From assembly GCF_963921235.1 (NCBI RefSeq), contig NC_086097.1, forward strand, positions 198,712,001-198,776,000: a stretch of DNA of 64,000 nucleotides, in the 5' to 3' direction. Below are positions 41,901 to 53,900 of this stretch, piece after piece. The DNA comes from Mobula hypostoma (Eukaryota). The notes beneath the pieces are model-generated. The model did not search any database and was not told the DNA's origin. It saw nothing but the letters and a program-made list of their open reading frames with translations. Position numbers and translations under genes: made by a program. The first letter of the stretch is position 1, and each line of letters begins with the position of its first letter.

Positions 41901-44900
41901 ATTTGACTATCCACTTTGATATTATTTGCTAGCTTGCTTTCATATTTCATCTTTTCCCTTATAATGATTTTTTTTGTTGCTGTCTGTAGGTTTTTAAAAA
42001 CTTCCCAATCCTCTTATCTTCCCACTAATTTTTAGAAACATAGAAAAACTACAGCACAATACAGGCCTTTTGGCCCATAATGCTGTGCCAGACATGTACT
42101 TACTTTAGAAATAACCTAGGGTTGCCTATAGCCCTCTATTTTTCTAAGCTCCATGTACCATTTTGCTTTGTTGTATGCCCTTTCTTTTGCTTTTATAATA
42201 GATTTGACTTCCCCTGTCAGCCACAGTTGTACTGTTTTACCATTTGAGTATTTCTTTATTTTAGGGGCAATAGATGTAGGAAAGATGTTAGATTCTTGGG
42301 GGATGCCAGTTAATAGCTGTAGGAATGGAATTACTGTAGGTGATTCCTTGACTAGATCATTGCTCCCCAACCACCGGGCTGCAAAGCATGTGCTACTGGG
42401 CCGCGAGGAAACGATATGATTTGGTGATATGAAATGATATGAGTCAGCTGCACCTTTCCTCATTCCCTGTCACACCCACTGTTGGAACTTGAACGCACGC
42501 GAGGTCATTACGCACGCCTCATCCATGTCAGCGTGGGAAGAAGATCAACTCCTCCAGCTTGCAAATGACGGTGGGCTGAAAAGTATGTTTGAGATAACAT
42601 CTCTGCTGGCATTCTAGATCAAAGTCGAGGCTGAATCTCCTGAGATAGTCATGAAAGCACTAAAAACATTGCTTCCATTTCCAACATCATATCTCTGCGA
42701 AGCGGGGTTTTCTGCAATGAATGCAACGAAAACTAAATTGCGGAATAGACTGGACATAAGGAACCCCCTTCGAGTATCGCTGTCTCCCCTCACCCCTCGA
42801 TGGGACCGTCTTGTTGCAGGGAAACAAGCCCAGGGCACCCACTGATCCAGCGATATTGGTGTGTTGCAATGATTTTGTATGTTCATATGGGGAAAATATA
42901 CGCTGTGTGTTTAATAGCCAAACGTTACTTAAAATGTTATGATGCTATTGACTTATGTAAGTGACTTATAATTGACTTATCACTATATTCATGCGAGGGA
43001 AATATGTGCTGTATGTTTAATATTACATTCGTTAGATAAACCCTTTTAGAAACGAAACTGAGTGTATTAGCCACTTAGAAGTGACTTATAGTTGACTTAC
43101 CACCTATATTCCGGTCGCGATTAACACCCCGCACCCCCACCGGGTCGGCCAGTCTGCAAGAATATTGTCAATATTAAACCGGTCCGCAGTGCGAAAAAGG
43201 TTGGGGACCCCTGGACTAGATAAATAAAAATAGAAACAAGTGAATGTGATCCCTGGTAGCTCAATAATAGCTTTAGGAAAGGAGGTGAAAGTATAGATAG
43301 CAAAATCAGATTCAGAATTGTTAATTTAGGAACTGTATGTAGAAGGGATAGAAAACATCCAGTTTTCAAACACAGAAACATGACAGCCTTATACACATGC
43401 AGGTGCCTGAAAAATAAGCTGATAACCAAATACAATGGATTCTGATTAATTGGGACACATCTTGGTACATTTTGGCCCAATTAAGTGGCTACCCTGTTTA
43501 GCTGAAGTTTTATGGAAAGAGTTAGAGGGAGGGAACGTCGACTCAGACCATGAGAGGCCTGCGTCGGGCACTTTCATGCCTTACAAGGCGCAGATTGGCA
43601 GTCTATGTGGGGCACCACTCCTCCCACAGACACTAGAGCAATGTGTGGTTAAGTGCCTTGCTCAAGGACACAAACACGCTGCCACAGCTGAGACTCGATC
43701 TAGCGACCTTCAGATCACTAGACGAACGCCTTAACCACTTGGCCACGTGTTAAAATAGTTAAATAAATAGTTAAAATGTATATTTAAAAAAGACAACCTA
43801 ATATAAGTAAGAAATTATGCATTTAAATGAAATACAAAACAAATAACACTAAATACTACTACAGTATGAAGAAACCGTACTTCCTTAATAGTTATCAATA
43901 GCGGGATTTATCCAATGTACATAGCCAAGTTCTTTTGATTGTAAATGAATAACATCGGCACAGACATCAAGTGCAGATAATGAAATGCCCTCGTACAATG
44001 CATTTGATGTTTGCATCCTTCAAATCTTCATTTTGATTGTAATATGCAAGATGATAGTTGCTACCTTCAAATTCTACATAGTTCCTAACTTGCTGAAGTA
44101 ATGAAGTAGGTTCCATTTTCAGTCCCACCCAATCTCTAAGCCTGAGTGCTTAAAACCGCAATTAGCAAAACAGTTTGAAATTACAGTGTTATTACTTATT
44201 TCTCGCCAACTATCAGTGACAAAAATCACTGAATTTGAACACACACACAACTGATGCTATTTAAAAATTATTTGCTCTAAGCACGAGAGCTGTAGATAGT
44301 GTCTAACTGCCACATAAATGCACACAACTGATACTAGTTAGAAACTTCGTCAACAGTCACCTGTCCCAATTAAGTGGGATAGTGTCCCAAATAAACGAAG
44401 GGAATCCTGGCTATTTTCTTGACTAGTTTTTGCTCTTTTAGAAGTTGTACCAAATAACCAGCTTCAGCGATTAACAGATGGCCCAATTAATCGGAATCCA
44501 CTGTATAGAATATGTGCCAAGACATCTGAAGGAAAGATATTTAGAGAGAGAGAGTGGGGGGGGGTAACAAAGAGTTAATAAATTACAACGCTGCTTTTAA
44601 TAAATGAACACCATTCAGTGCAGTTTCTATTCTTCCGTGGAACAAATTTTCAATTGGTTTGCTTCCTGAAGTGGTGCTTGCATGGGCCAATTCATGAAAA
44701 GTTAATGATAACATTTTGTTTTTATCTTTGGTTGGGAATTGCTTTCATTCTAAAATACAAGAGGGAAATACACAGAGGTATTTGCAATATAAATATTAAT
44801 GAAGCTAATTACAATCTAAAATAAGTTAAGTTGATTCTCTCGGTCTTTATGTTGCCCTTCAATATTTGTTTTTTACCATTTAATTCCATTGATTTCTTTA

Positions 44901-47900
44901 ATTTGTTTCATCTATTTTACTCCTTTAACAGATATTGGTATAAATCTGACAGATCCTATGTTTCATGGGATTTATCGTGGTACTCAAAAGCATCAAGGTA
45001 AGTGTTACAATAAAATATATGTCATTTTCGTATTCAAAGAACATAATTTAAATATTTTGTGAAATGGTACTTGTGCTTGAGCACAGGAACTTAGTATTTT
45101 TAAATTACTATGTTGTACTTGATTTCTAAATTTTGTACTTAAATGTGAGAGAACTTTCAGTTCCCTTTTAATGGTCATTAATAGATGGTCGGATAAGCAA
45201 TTACAAATTTGAATTAGTATTTTGTTCTGGTGAAATGAGTAAGGTCAGATAAGATGGATTACATGTCTTTAATACTATTAGCATTACTACATTATCAAAT
45301 AGTCAGTGAAGAACATTTTCAACTATTTAGCTGACTTCTTGCTTTTTTCCCTCGGGGCATGGTTGGCAGTTAACATTGTAAGCTGATGTGCCTAGAAATT
45401 AGATTGCAATGCACCATTATTTTTGGTTCACTTCATGTTGACGATATCCTGATTCCTAGACCGTAATGCAGGGTTTTGACCCAAAGCATTGACTATCCCT
45501 TTTCTTCTCCAAGTGTTGCTCAACCTGCTGAGTTCCTCCAGCAGATTTTGTTGCAAAGAAAAAACAGAATTTGCATGACATTTTTGATTTTTCAGTTATA
45601 TGGAATCAGTAACAGTTTTTTCATTCAGAATCCCGTTTGTGTTTGGTATTCCCAAAAATACACTGGAAGCTGCACTCCCCCGATTTCGAGTTTTTGCAAC
45701 TTGCTTCTGTTTGCTTTCATTGCTTTCTCTCCTACACCCCTAATATAAATAGCCTGTCTGGTTGTTGCAAAGGGTAGGTCAGTTATTGATACCGATGCCC
45801 CTGTGTCCACTAACATATCGCATTGCCGGCCCCCTAACAATGCTGTTGTGTACATCCGCGGGCCACCAGTGCTGGCAGTGGGGCCCGCTGCCACATCCAT
45901 TTTTGACCTAGGAGCCGTCTTTACTAGCTGTATGATCTGATCAGATTGGTCAGACTGGGCTGCGGTGGGCTGAGAGATTGCGTGTCTGCTGTGACATTCA
46001 CCTGTTTTCCTTTCCTTTTTTTTTTGGACACTGCCTCCAACCATGTCCCAACAGGCCACACCTGTAGCATATCAACTCCTTTACCCTCCCATGTCTAATC
46101 CAGCAGTTCCTTGCTTCATGCCCTGGTTGCTGACAAACAAAACAAACTCTCTGGGACATCACAGCAGCTGCATCCACTATAGCCACCTTACAACTTCTGT
46201 TGCACTTTCTCAGTCTATCTCACTGACCCACGAAACTACCGCAGAGTAGGTCGACCCCACTGTTATGACTAAATCTAAAACTTCCTAGTGGGCTGAGCTC
46301 AGGTCTTCCTTCATCATTTTCAGGAAGACTTGGTCATCCCTCCCTGGATTATCCAACCCGGAATACTCCTCATACTCTCAATATTTACATTCTGCATAAT
46401 CCATAGCCGTCTCTTCTGCTTTTTGATTCACTGCCATTACCATTCCCCAGTTACTCTCACCTTCCCTCAGTCACTTCCTCGCTTCCCCTTTAAAAAAGCA
46501 GTATCTTTCTTTATTGTTGACGTTCTTGGTAGTTGCCCAGGTACCATCCCACACCCCCTGGGCCATATTGTTCCATATTTTCCTCGGGCACCACTTTTAC
46601 CAACACATATATATCTTTAGGGTGCATCTGGTGAATTTCAACCATTTCCTCGAGCTTGCGCCAGAATTCTGAATTTCTAGATGCAACTTTAAGTGAGGGC
46701 AACCCTGATGAAATGCTCTTTCTCCCTGGGGGTGAAGGGCTTATGAGTGGTCATAATCAGAATCACAGGCTGGCTTGGATCATCAGAGTTCTTGGCCTGG
46801 TGTTGCTTAACCTCAATAGGTACCATCCCGACAGATATATCTGGGTAAAACCTCTCCTTGAAATATCTCCACACTAATTCCCACACTAAGCAAAATATAA
46901 AAGACGGGTACCAGTTGAACAGCACATACTTAAAACTGTAGAGTATGTGCTGTGCGATCTGCCACTTTTGAGCCCCTGAACTCATGATGCCTGCTGTATT
47001 CCTTTGCATCACACTCGCAAAATGTGTACGCTAAAATGCAGCTCTCCGAGCGAGTATACACGCCCCCACCCTGGCGCCCTGAACCGTCAGTAACCACCCT
47101 TCGCAACTGGTGGTTCTGTCTCACCAAATTAACATGCAAAGTTTCTTCTCTTACATCAACACTTGCATGCACACGCACTACTTTTATATCTACCAGCAAC
47201 GTTCTCCGCGTTCATGATACCTCGTGTTCCCGTGTACCACTGACCCGAACAGATCCAAGTGTGAGTGCTAATTTTAAAAAATACTCACCCATTTAGGCTG
47301 CTAAAATCATTGGCCTCACAATGGGTCACAAAGGCATCCCACTCCTGACACCAAATGTTGCGTGAATGAAATCACTGGAGAAAATTCCTGGTAGATACAA
47401 AGCAGCTTCTTTATTCGACAAAACAGGGTACAGTAGGCATCATATGGAGATATTTTTGGTGGAAAGGTCACCTGGCCCAACGTGGGGCACAGTATTTTAT
47501 GTGCCAAACATCAAAGGACAATTCCATGTTTACAAAGTATAGACGATGCTTTTTTTTTTGAAACTTACATACAAACTTCAAACCTCCTGATTCTCGTCCA
47601 TACCACAAATGCCAGCATCATCTGGACTGGGATTCACAGCTTTTAGGAATCCATTGTACCAAATTAAATCCAAAATACACATTCAAAGGCAAAAGACTGG
47701 TAGCCAAAGCCATTTGCTAAATGTAAATGACTTAAACCCAAAAATCACTCTAACACATGACATTTTTGATTTTTCAATTATATGAAATCAGTATGGTTTT
47801 TACATTCAGGATCCCCTTTATGTCTGGTATGCTGACATGAGGAAGACCCTATAAGTGTCCTTTATCATTCAGTAGTGTACAGTTCACCTCAATTTTAAGT

Positions 47901-50900
47901 GCAACATTGCACACCAGTGTTTGTGGATGTGTGTCAAGTGACTGTGAGGCATGACTTAAATTTACTTGGGTGAACTCCATTTTAATATAAGTACTTGGAT
48001 CTTCTTCAGTAATCCCTTCACCAATGTGTAATATTGCCCTGAATTTGCATCCAACGAACTGCTGACCTAACCCCTCCCATGTCCAATCACACCCATGAAC
48101 AAGCATTATTTGTCTGCCCCCCTCCCACACAAGTCTTCCTTCTCTGATTACTAACCTTTATCTACTGACCCTAATTGATCCCTGACAGCCAGCTCTTGCC
48201 TTAACCACTCCCCTCATCAACTGGCCTGGATTTCCTCCTCTTATCGCTGAGTCTCTGGGGAAAATACCCCTGTGGATCTGGGGCTTGAAGAAAACACATT
48301 TCGTATGCAAAACTTATTTTGTAGAACAGGATGGATGACTTAATTTCCTAGCAGCACGCCCCAGAATATTGATTATAGTAACGATGGGTTAACATGACTT
48401 TACTGATACACACTATGTTTTACTGAAATGTAACTTACATCAAGTTATGTATATTTTTGATACATCCTGAGGGCTTCTCAATACACTAGATGGACCATAT
48501 GACATCCTCCGGCAAAGTTAGAGGCAGAGGGGTCTGCTTCCTAATCAACTTCTCTAGGTGCTTGGATGTGATGGTCCTGGTGAGTTCCTGCACACCCAGC
48601 TTGAAATAACTAATGGTGAAATGTTGCCCATTACTATCTGCCAGGGGAGTTCACTTCAGATGTCCTGAAGGTAGTCTACAGGTGGCCGTGAAGCCTGCAC
48701 TCAAAGAATGATACTCTGAGTACAAAGTATAATTCTTTGAGTATCCCACTTCAAAGTCAACAGCTTTGAAATGGGATATACTGAAGCTTTCTTCATTGCT
48801 GATGACTTAAAACATGCCAACTTCAAGAGTGCATTGCTAAAATGCTACTAGCATGTCTCCTGTCCCACCAGTGGTCCAAACCTCCTTGTCCATGCTAAAC
48901 AGCCCTCAAAGATGCTACTGAGCCAACCCCTGCCCACACTGTAGTAAATCAGAGTGCCAGACTGTGCTCCTTCTCCCTAAATGCAAATGGAAGCTGATAC
49001 ATGAGATTGAGTACAGAAAGCCATGTAGTGCTGGTCTGAGGAAATAGATGAGTTTGTAAATGGCTGCTTTGTAGTCTGGTCCATTTTGGAAAAAGTCAGC
49101 AGATCACCACCATCAAAAATTTTATCAGCAAGTGTTTTGAGAACTGTGTACCAAAGAGGACAGTCCAGGTCTTCCCAGGCCAGAAACCATTGATAAATCA
49201 GGAGATGATCCAGTCCCTTCTGAAGACCAGGACTGCAGCTTTCAAATCAGGTGTCGCTGACCCATAACTGAAATTGAGATGTGACCTCTGTAAAGTTATC
49301 GGAGAGTCAGTTGTGGCAGCCCTTGCAAACTATAACGGCTTACACGATGAAGTCAGGCAGTATCGGCAACAACAGCTCATCCCCTTCCAGTTCAGCTAAT
49401 ACATTCAATACACATTTTAACTGTTGGGTGTTAGTGTCTTCACTATGGAAGGCACTAGCACCATGGTGCAAGTTCCAGGTGTCAGAAGGCATGAAATGTG
49501 TGAATAACTAAGGTGAAATTTCTTGGGAAACTGTAAGGTCTGAAGGTAGATAAGTTACCTGGACCAGATGGTGTACACCCCAGAGTTCTGAAAGGGGTGG
49601 CTGAAGAGATCGTGGAGACATTAGAAATTATCATTCAAGATTCTGCAAAAGTTCCAGAAGACTGGAAAACTGCAAGTGCCACTCCACTCTTCAAGAAGGG
49701 AGAGAGGCAAAAGAAACTGTAGGTCAGTTAGTCTGATCTCAGTTGTTGGGAAAATATTGGAGTCGATTACTAAGGATGACGTCTCAGGGTACTTGGAGAC
49801 GCATGATAAAATAGGCCATGGTCAGCATAGTTTCCTCAAGGGAAAATCTTGCCTGACAGATCTCTTGGAATTCTTTGAAGAAGTAACAAGCAGGATATTA
49901 AAAGGACAATTGTTGATGATGTGTACTTGGATTTTCAGAAGGCCTGTGACAAGGTGCCACACATGAGGCTGCCTAACAAGCTATGAGCTTGTGGTATTAC
50001 AGGGAAGATTCTAGCATGGATAAAACAGTGGCTGATTGGCAGGAGGTAAAGAGTTTCTGATTGGCTGCCGGTGACAAGTTGTGTTCCAGTTGTGTTCCAC
50101 AGGGGTCTAGTTGGGACCAATTCTTTTTACATTATATTTCAGTAATTTGGATGATAGAATTGATGGCTTTGTTGTAAAGTTTGCAGACAATATGAAATAG
50201 GTGGGGGGGGGCAGGTAGTTTTGAAGAAGTAGAGAGGCTACAGAAGGATTTAGGTTAGGAAAATGGGCAAAGAAATGACAGATGGAATGCAGTGCATGAC
50301 CATACAGTTCCTGACACTGTAGAGGAAATAAAAGGTTGGACTATTTTCTAAACGGAGAGAAAATTTAAAAACCTGAGGTGCAAAGGGACTTGTGAGTCCT
50401 TGTGCAGGATTCCCTGAAGGTTAATTTGCAGGTTGAGTTGGTGATGAGGAAGGCAAATGCAATATTAGCATTAATTTCAAGAGGACTAAAATACAAAAGC
50501 AAGGATGTAATGTTGAGACTTTATAAAGCACTGGTGGGGCCTCATTTGGAGTATTGTGAGCATGTTTGGGCAACTTATCTTAGAAAGGATATGTTGGAAC
50601 TGGAAAGGCTTCAAAAGAGGTTCATGAAAGTGATCCAGGATTGAATTGTTTGTCATATGAAGAGTATCTATCTGATGGCTCTCGGCCTGTTTTCACTAAA
50701 TTCAGAAGAATGAGGGGTGACCTCATTGAAACCTATCGAATGGTGAAAGGCCTTGATAGAGTGCATGTGGAGAGGATGTTTCCTATGCTGGGAGAGTCTA
50801 AGACCAGAGGGCACAGCCTCAGAATAGAGGAGTGTCCTTTTAGAATGCAGATGAGGAGGAATTTATTTAACTAGGGAGTGGTGAATCTATGGAATTCTTT

Positions 50901-53900
50901 GCCACAGGCAGCTATGGAGGCCAAATCTTGTATATTTAAGGCAGAGGTTGATAGATTCTTGATTGGTCAGGGCATGAAGGGGTACGGGCAGAATGCAGCA
51001 GATTGGTTCTGAGAGGAAAATTAGATCAGCCATGTTGAAATGGCAGAGCAGACTCAATGGGCCAAATGACCTATTTCTGCTCCTATATCTTCTGGTCTTG
51101 TGGTCTAAACTGAGGGATATTAGAACATCACTACCACCTCAACAGTCTCCAGGGCACCTGAACCAATGCCACCATTTGGACATTAGATGAGATTTCCAAT
51201 AGTCAACCAATAATGTGCATCTGGCCCAGATGGTTTCCTTGGTCATGTCCTTAGACCCTGTGTAGATCAGCTGGCAGTCATATTTGCTGACTTTTTTTTT
51301 TAACCTTTCTCTGCTTCAGTCTAAGGTTCCCACCTGCTTTAAGAAGACTATTATCACCCTGGTACTTAAGAAAAACAAGGTAATGTGCATTAATGACTAC
51401 CACCAAATGGCTCCAACACCCACCATCATGAAGTGCTTTGAGATGCTGGCCTTGGCACACATTAAATCCAGCTTTCCAGACCACCTCGACAGAGAAATCC
51501 AATCTATTGGAGATGTCATTTCCCTGGCCCCACATCTCTAGAGTATCTGGACAGTAAAGGCACCTATGTTAGACGATTGTTTATTGACTACAGTTCTACC
51601 TTGAATACTATATTTCCAAGCAAACTTATCCCAACTCTCAGACCTGATACTCAACACCCCCCTTGGCAAATAGATTCTTGATTTCCTGACCAACCAGAGT
51701 AGTCAGTAAGGATAGGCTTTCACTAGATTATCCTCAACACTGGCACCCCACCAGGCTGTATCCTCAGCACACAACTCTACCTCCTATGCACTCGCGATTG
51801 TGTGGCTAGATTCTACTTTTACTCCACTTACGAGTTTGCAGTTGATACCACTGTTGTATCACAGGAAGGAGATAGAGAACCTAGTGACATGGTGTCATTT
51901 CAGCAACATTTCCCTCAGTGTCAGCAAAATAAAGAGTTGATCATTAACTCCAGGAATTTGGGGGTGGGGGTGGAATTACACATGCTCCTGTTTAGACCAA
52001 CAGTGCTGAGATCGGGAGGATTCCAAGCTTCAAGTTCCCAGCTGTGAACATCACCAATGGCCCTTGCTGGTCCAGCCGTGTAGATGCTACACCCAAGAAT
52101 GCTCACAGGTGCTTCTACTTCCTCAGGTGGCAAAAGAATCTTGGCATGTCCCCAATTTTTATCAATGCATCCTGTCTGAATGCATCATGGTATGGCAACG
52201 GCTCTGCCCACGACCACAGAGAGTTGTAAACAGAGTTCAGTGCATGATGGAAAACAGCTTCCCAACCATGAATCTGTTCTACCCGTTTTGCTGCCTCAGT
52301 AAAGCAGCCAGCATGATCAAAGACCCCCCCCCCCCAGTACAACTCACCCGCATATTCTCTCTGCTCACAACTCCCATAAGGCAGAAATTACAAAAGCCTG
52401 ATAGCAGGTATGGGCAGGCTCAAGGGAAGCTATCCTGTTGTTTACTAGACTATCAAATAGTCACCTAGTCTGAGGTAGAATGTTAACCTCACAGTCTAGC
52501 TTATTATGATGGCGCGCCTTTTTGTCTACCTGCACTGTCCTTTCTCTGTAACACTTTATTCTGCATTCTGTTATTGTTTTACCTTGTACTATCTCTCTGC
52601 ACTGTTGTAATGAATTAAACTATATGAATGGTCTACAAGAAACATTTTTCACTATTCCTTGGTACATATGATAGAAATAAACCAATTTAAAATTTAAACC
52701 ATGCAGTTCAGGTGTCTGACTACTATTGTACTTAGAGTGACCTCTTGTGGTAACAACAGTATCCTAACCTAAAGGAGACATGAGAGTGCACGTGCAGGGA
52801 TCTGGCTCCTCAACATCAGCTGTCCATATCCTTCCACAGATGCTGCCTGATCTTCTGAGTGCCCCCAGCAGTTTGTTTTTATGTATCCTAGCATACTGAA
52901 TTGCTAATGATTTTTCCATCCTAACTTGTATTCTTAATCTTATGCAGGATTTTCTTGGAAATGATAACTTCATTTAAGTATTCTCCATTCCAAAACAAAA
53001 TGATAACTACACAAGTTAGGAGAAAATAATGAAAATTCAAATTTTATCCAGTGCCAAGGAGAAAAATATAAAGCGTGCATATATAAAACAGCTTCTTTTA
53101 AATAATGCCTGTTAATATCAAAGCAATGTGTAAAAAGAAAAACGCAAACAACAGGAATTCTGCAGATGCTGGAAATTCAAGCAACATACATCAAAGTTGC
53201 TGGTGAACGCAGCAGGCCAAGCAGCATCTATAGGAAGAGGCGCAGTCGACGTTTCAGGCCGAGAAGTCCTGACGAAGGGTCTCGGCCTGAAACGTCGACT
53301 GCGCCTCTTCCTATAGATGCTGCTTGGCCTACTGTGTTCACCAGCAACTTTGATGTATGTTGTAAAAAGAAAAAGATCAGCATGTCAGGCATTTTCAATG
53401 GAAAGAGGAACAGTTAATGTTTTCGGTCAAAGCATTGTCAGAAATGGGGAAAGAGAATAAGTTTTGAGTTGCAGAGGATGGGGAAAGTGATGAATGTGAC
53501 CCAAGAAATAGGGTGAGGCCAGGATTGCCATGATGATTGTTGTCATTCAGTCAGTCAGTTACAGGCAGTTTATATTGAGCACTGTTACAACTGTACAAGA
53601 CAAATAGGTCAGAGTAGGAGTGGAATGGAGAATTAGAGTGACAGGCAACAGCACTCTGAGTCACCTCTTCAGACTGAAAAACAGATGTTTTGCAAAGCAG
53701 TCTCCCAATCTGCATTTTGGTTTCTCCAATGTAAACAAACTGACATTGTGAATGCTATAGAATTGGTATAAGCACCAGCCTAATGTACAATTCCATGACT
53801 CTACATTTTTATGTTATCTTTGCCAGTGGATTACTTAATATTAATTGACTAAATTAATTCACTCCTTGTAAAATGTCTGAAACAGTTTTTTAAGACAAGG

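Larger units (their letters stand above)
38020..42262 (-). mobile_element. CR1 LINE, interrupted by SINE and Rex insertions
   Basis: [32 protein letters not shown] fragments. Confidence 0.9.

Noticed and set aside
45998..46059. Programmed -1 frameshift between gag and protease at the A-run
   Set aside because: The protease frame is +1 relative to gag; a homopolymer indel after insertion is the simpler explanation
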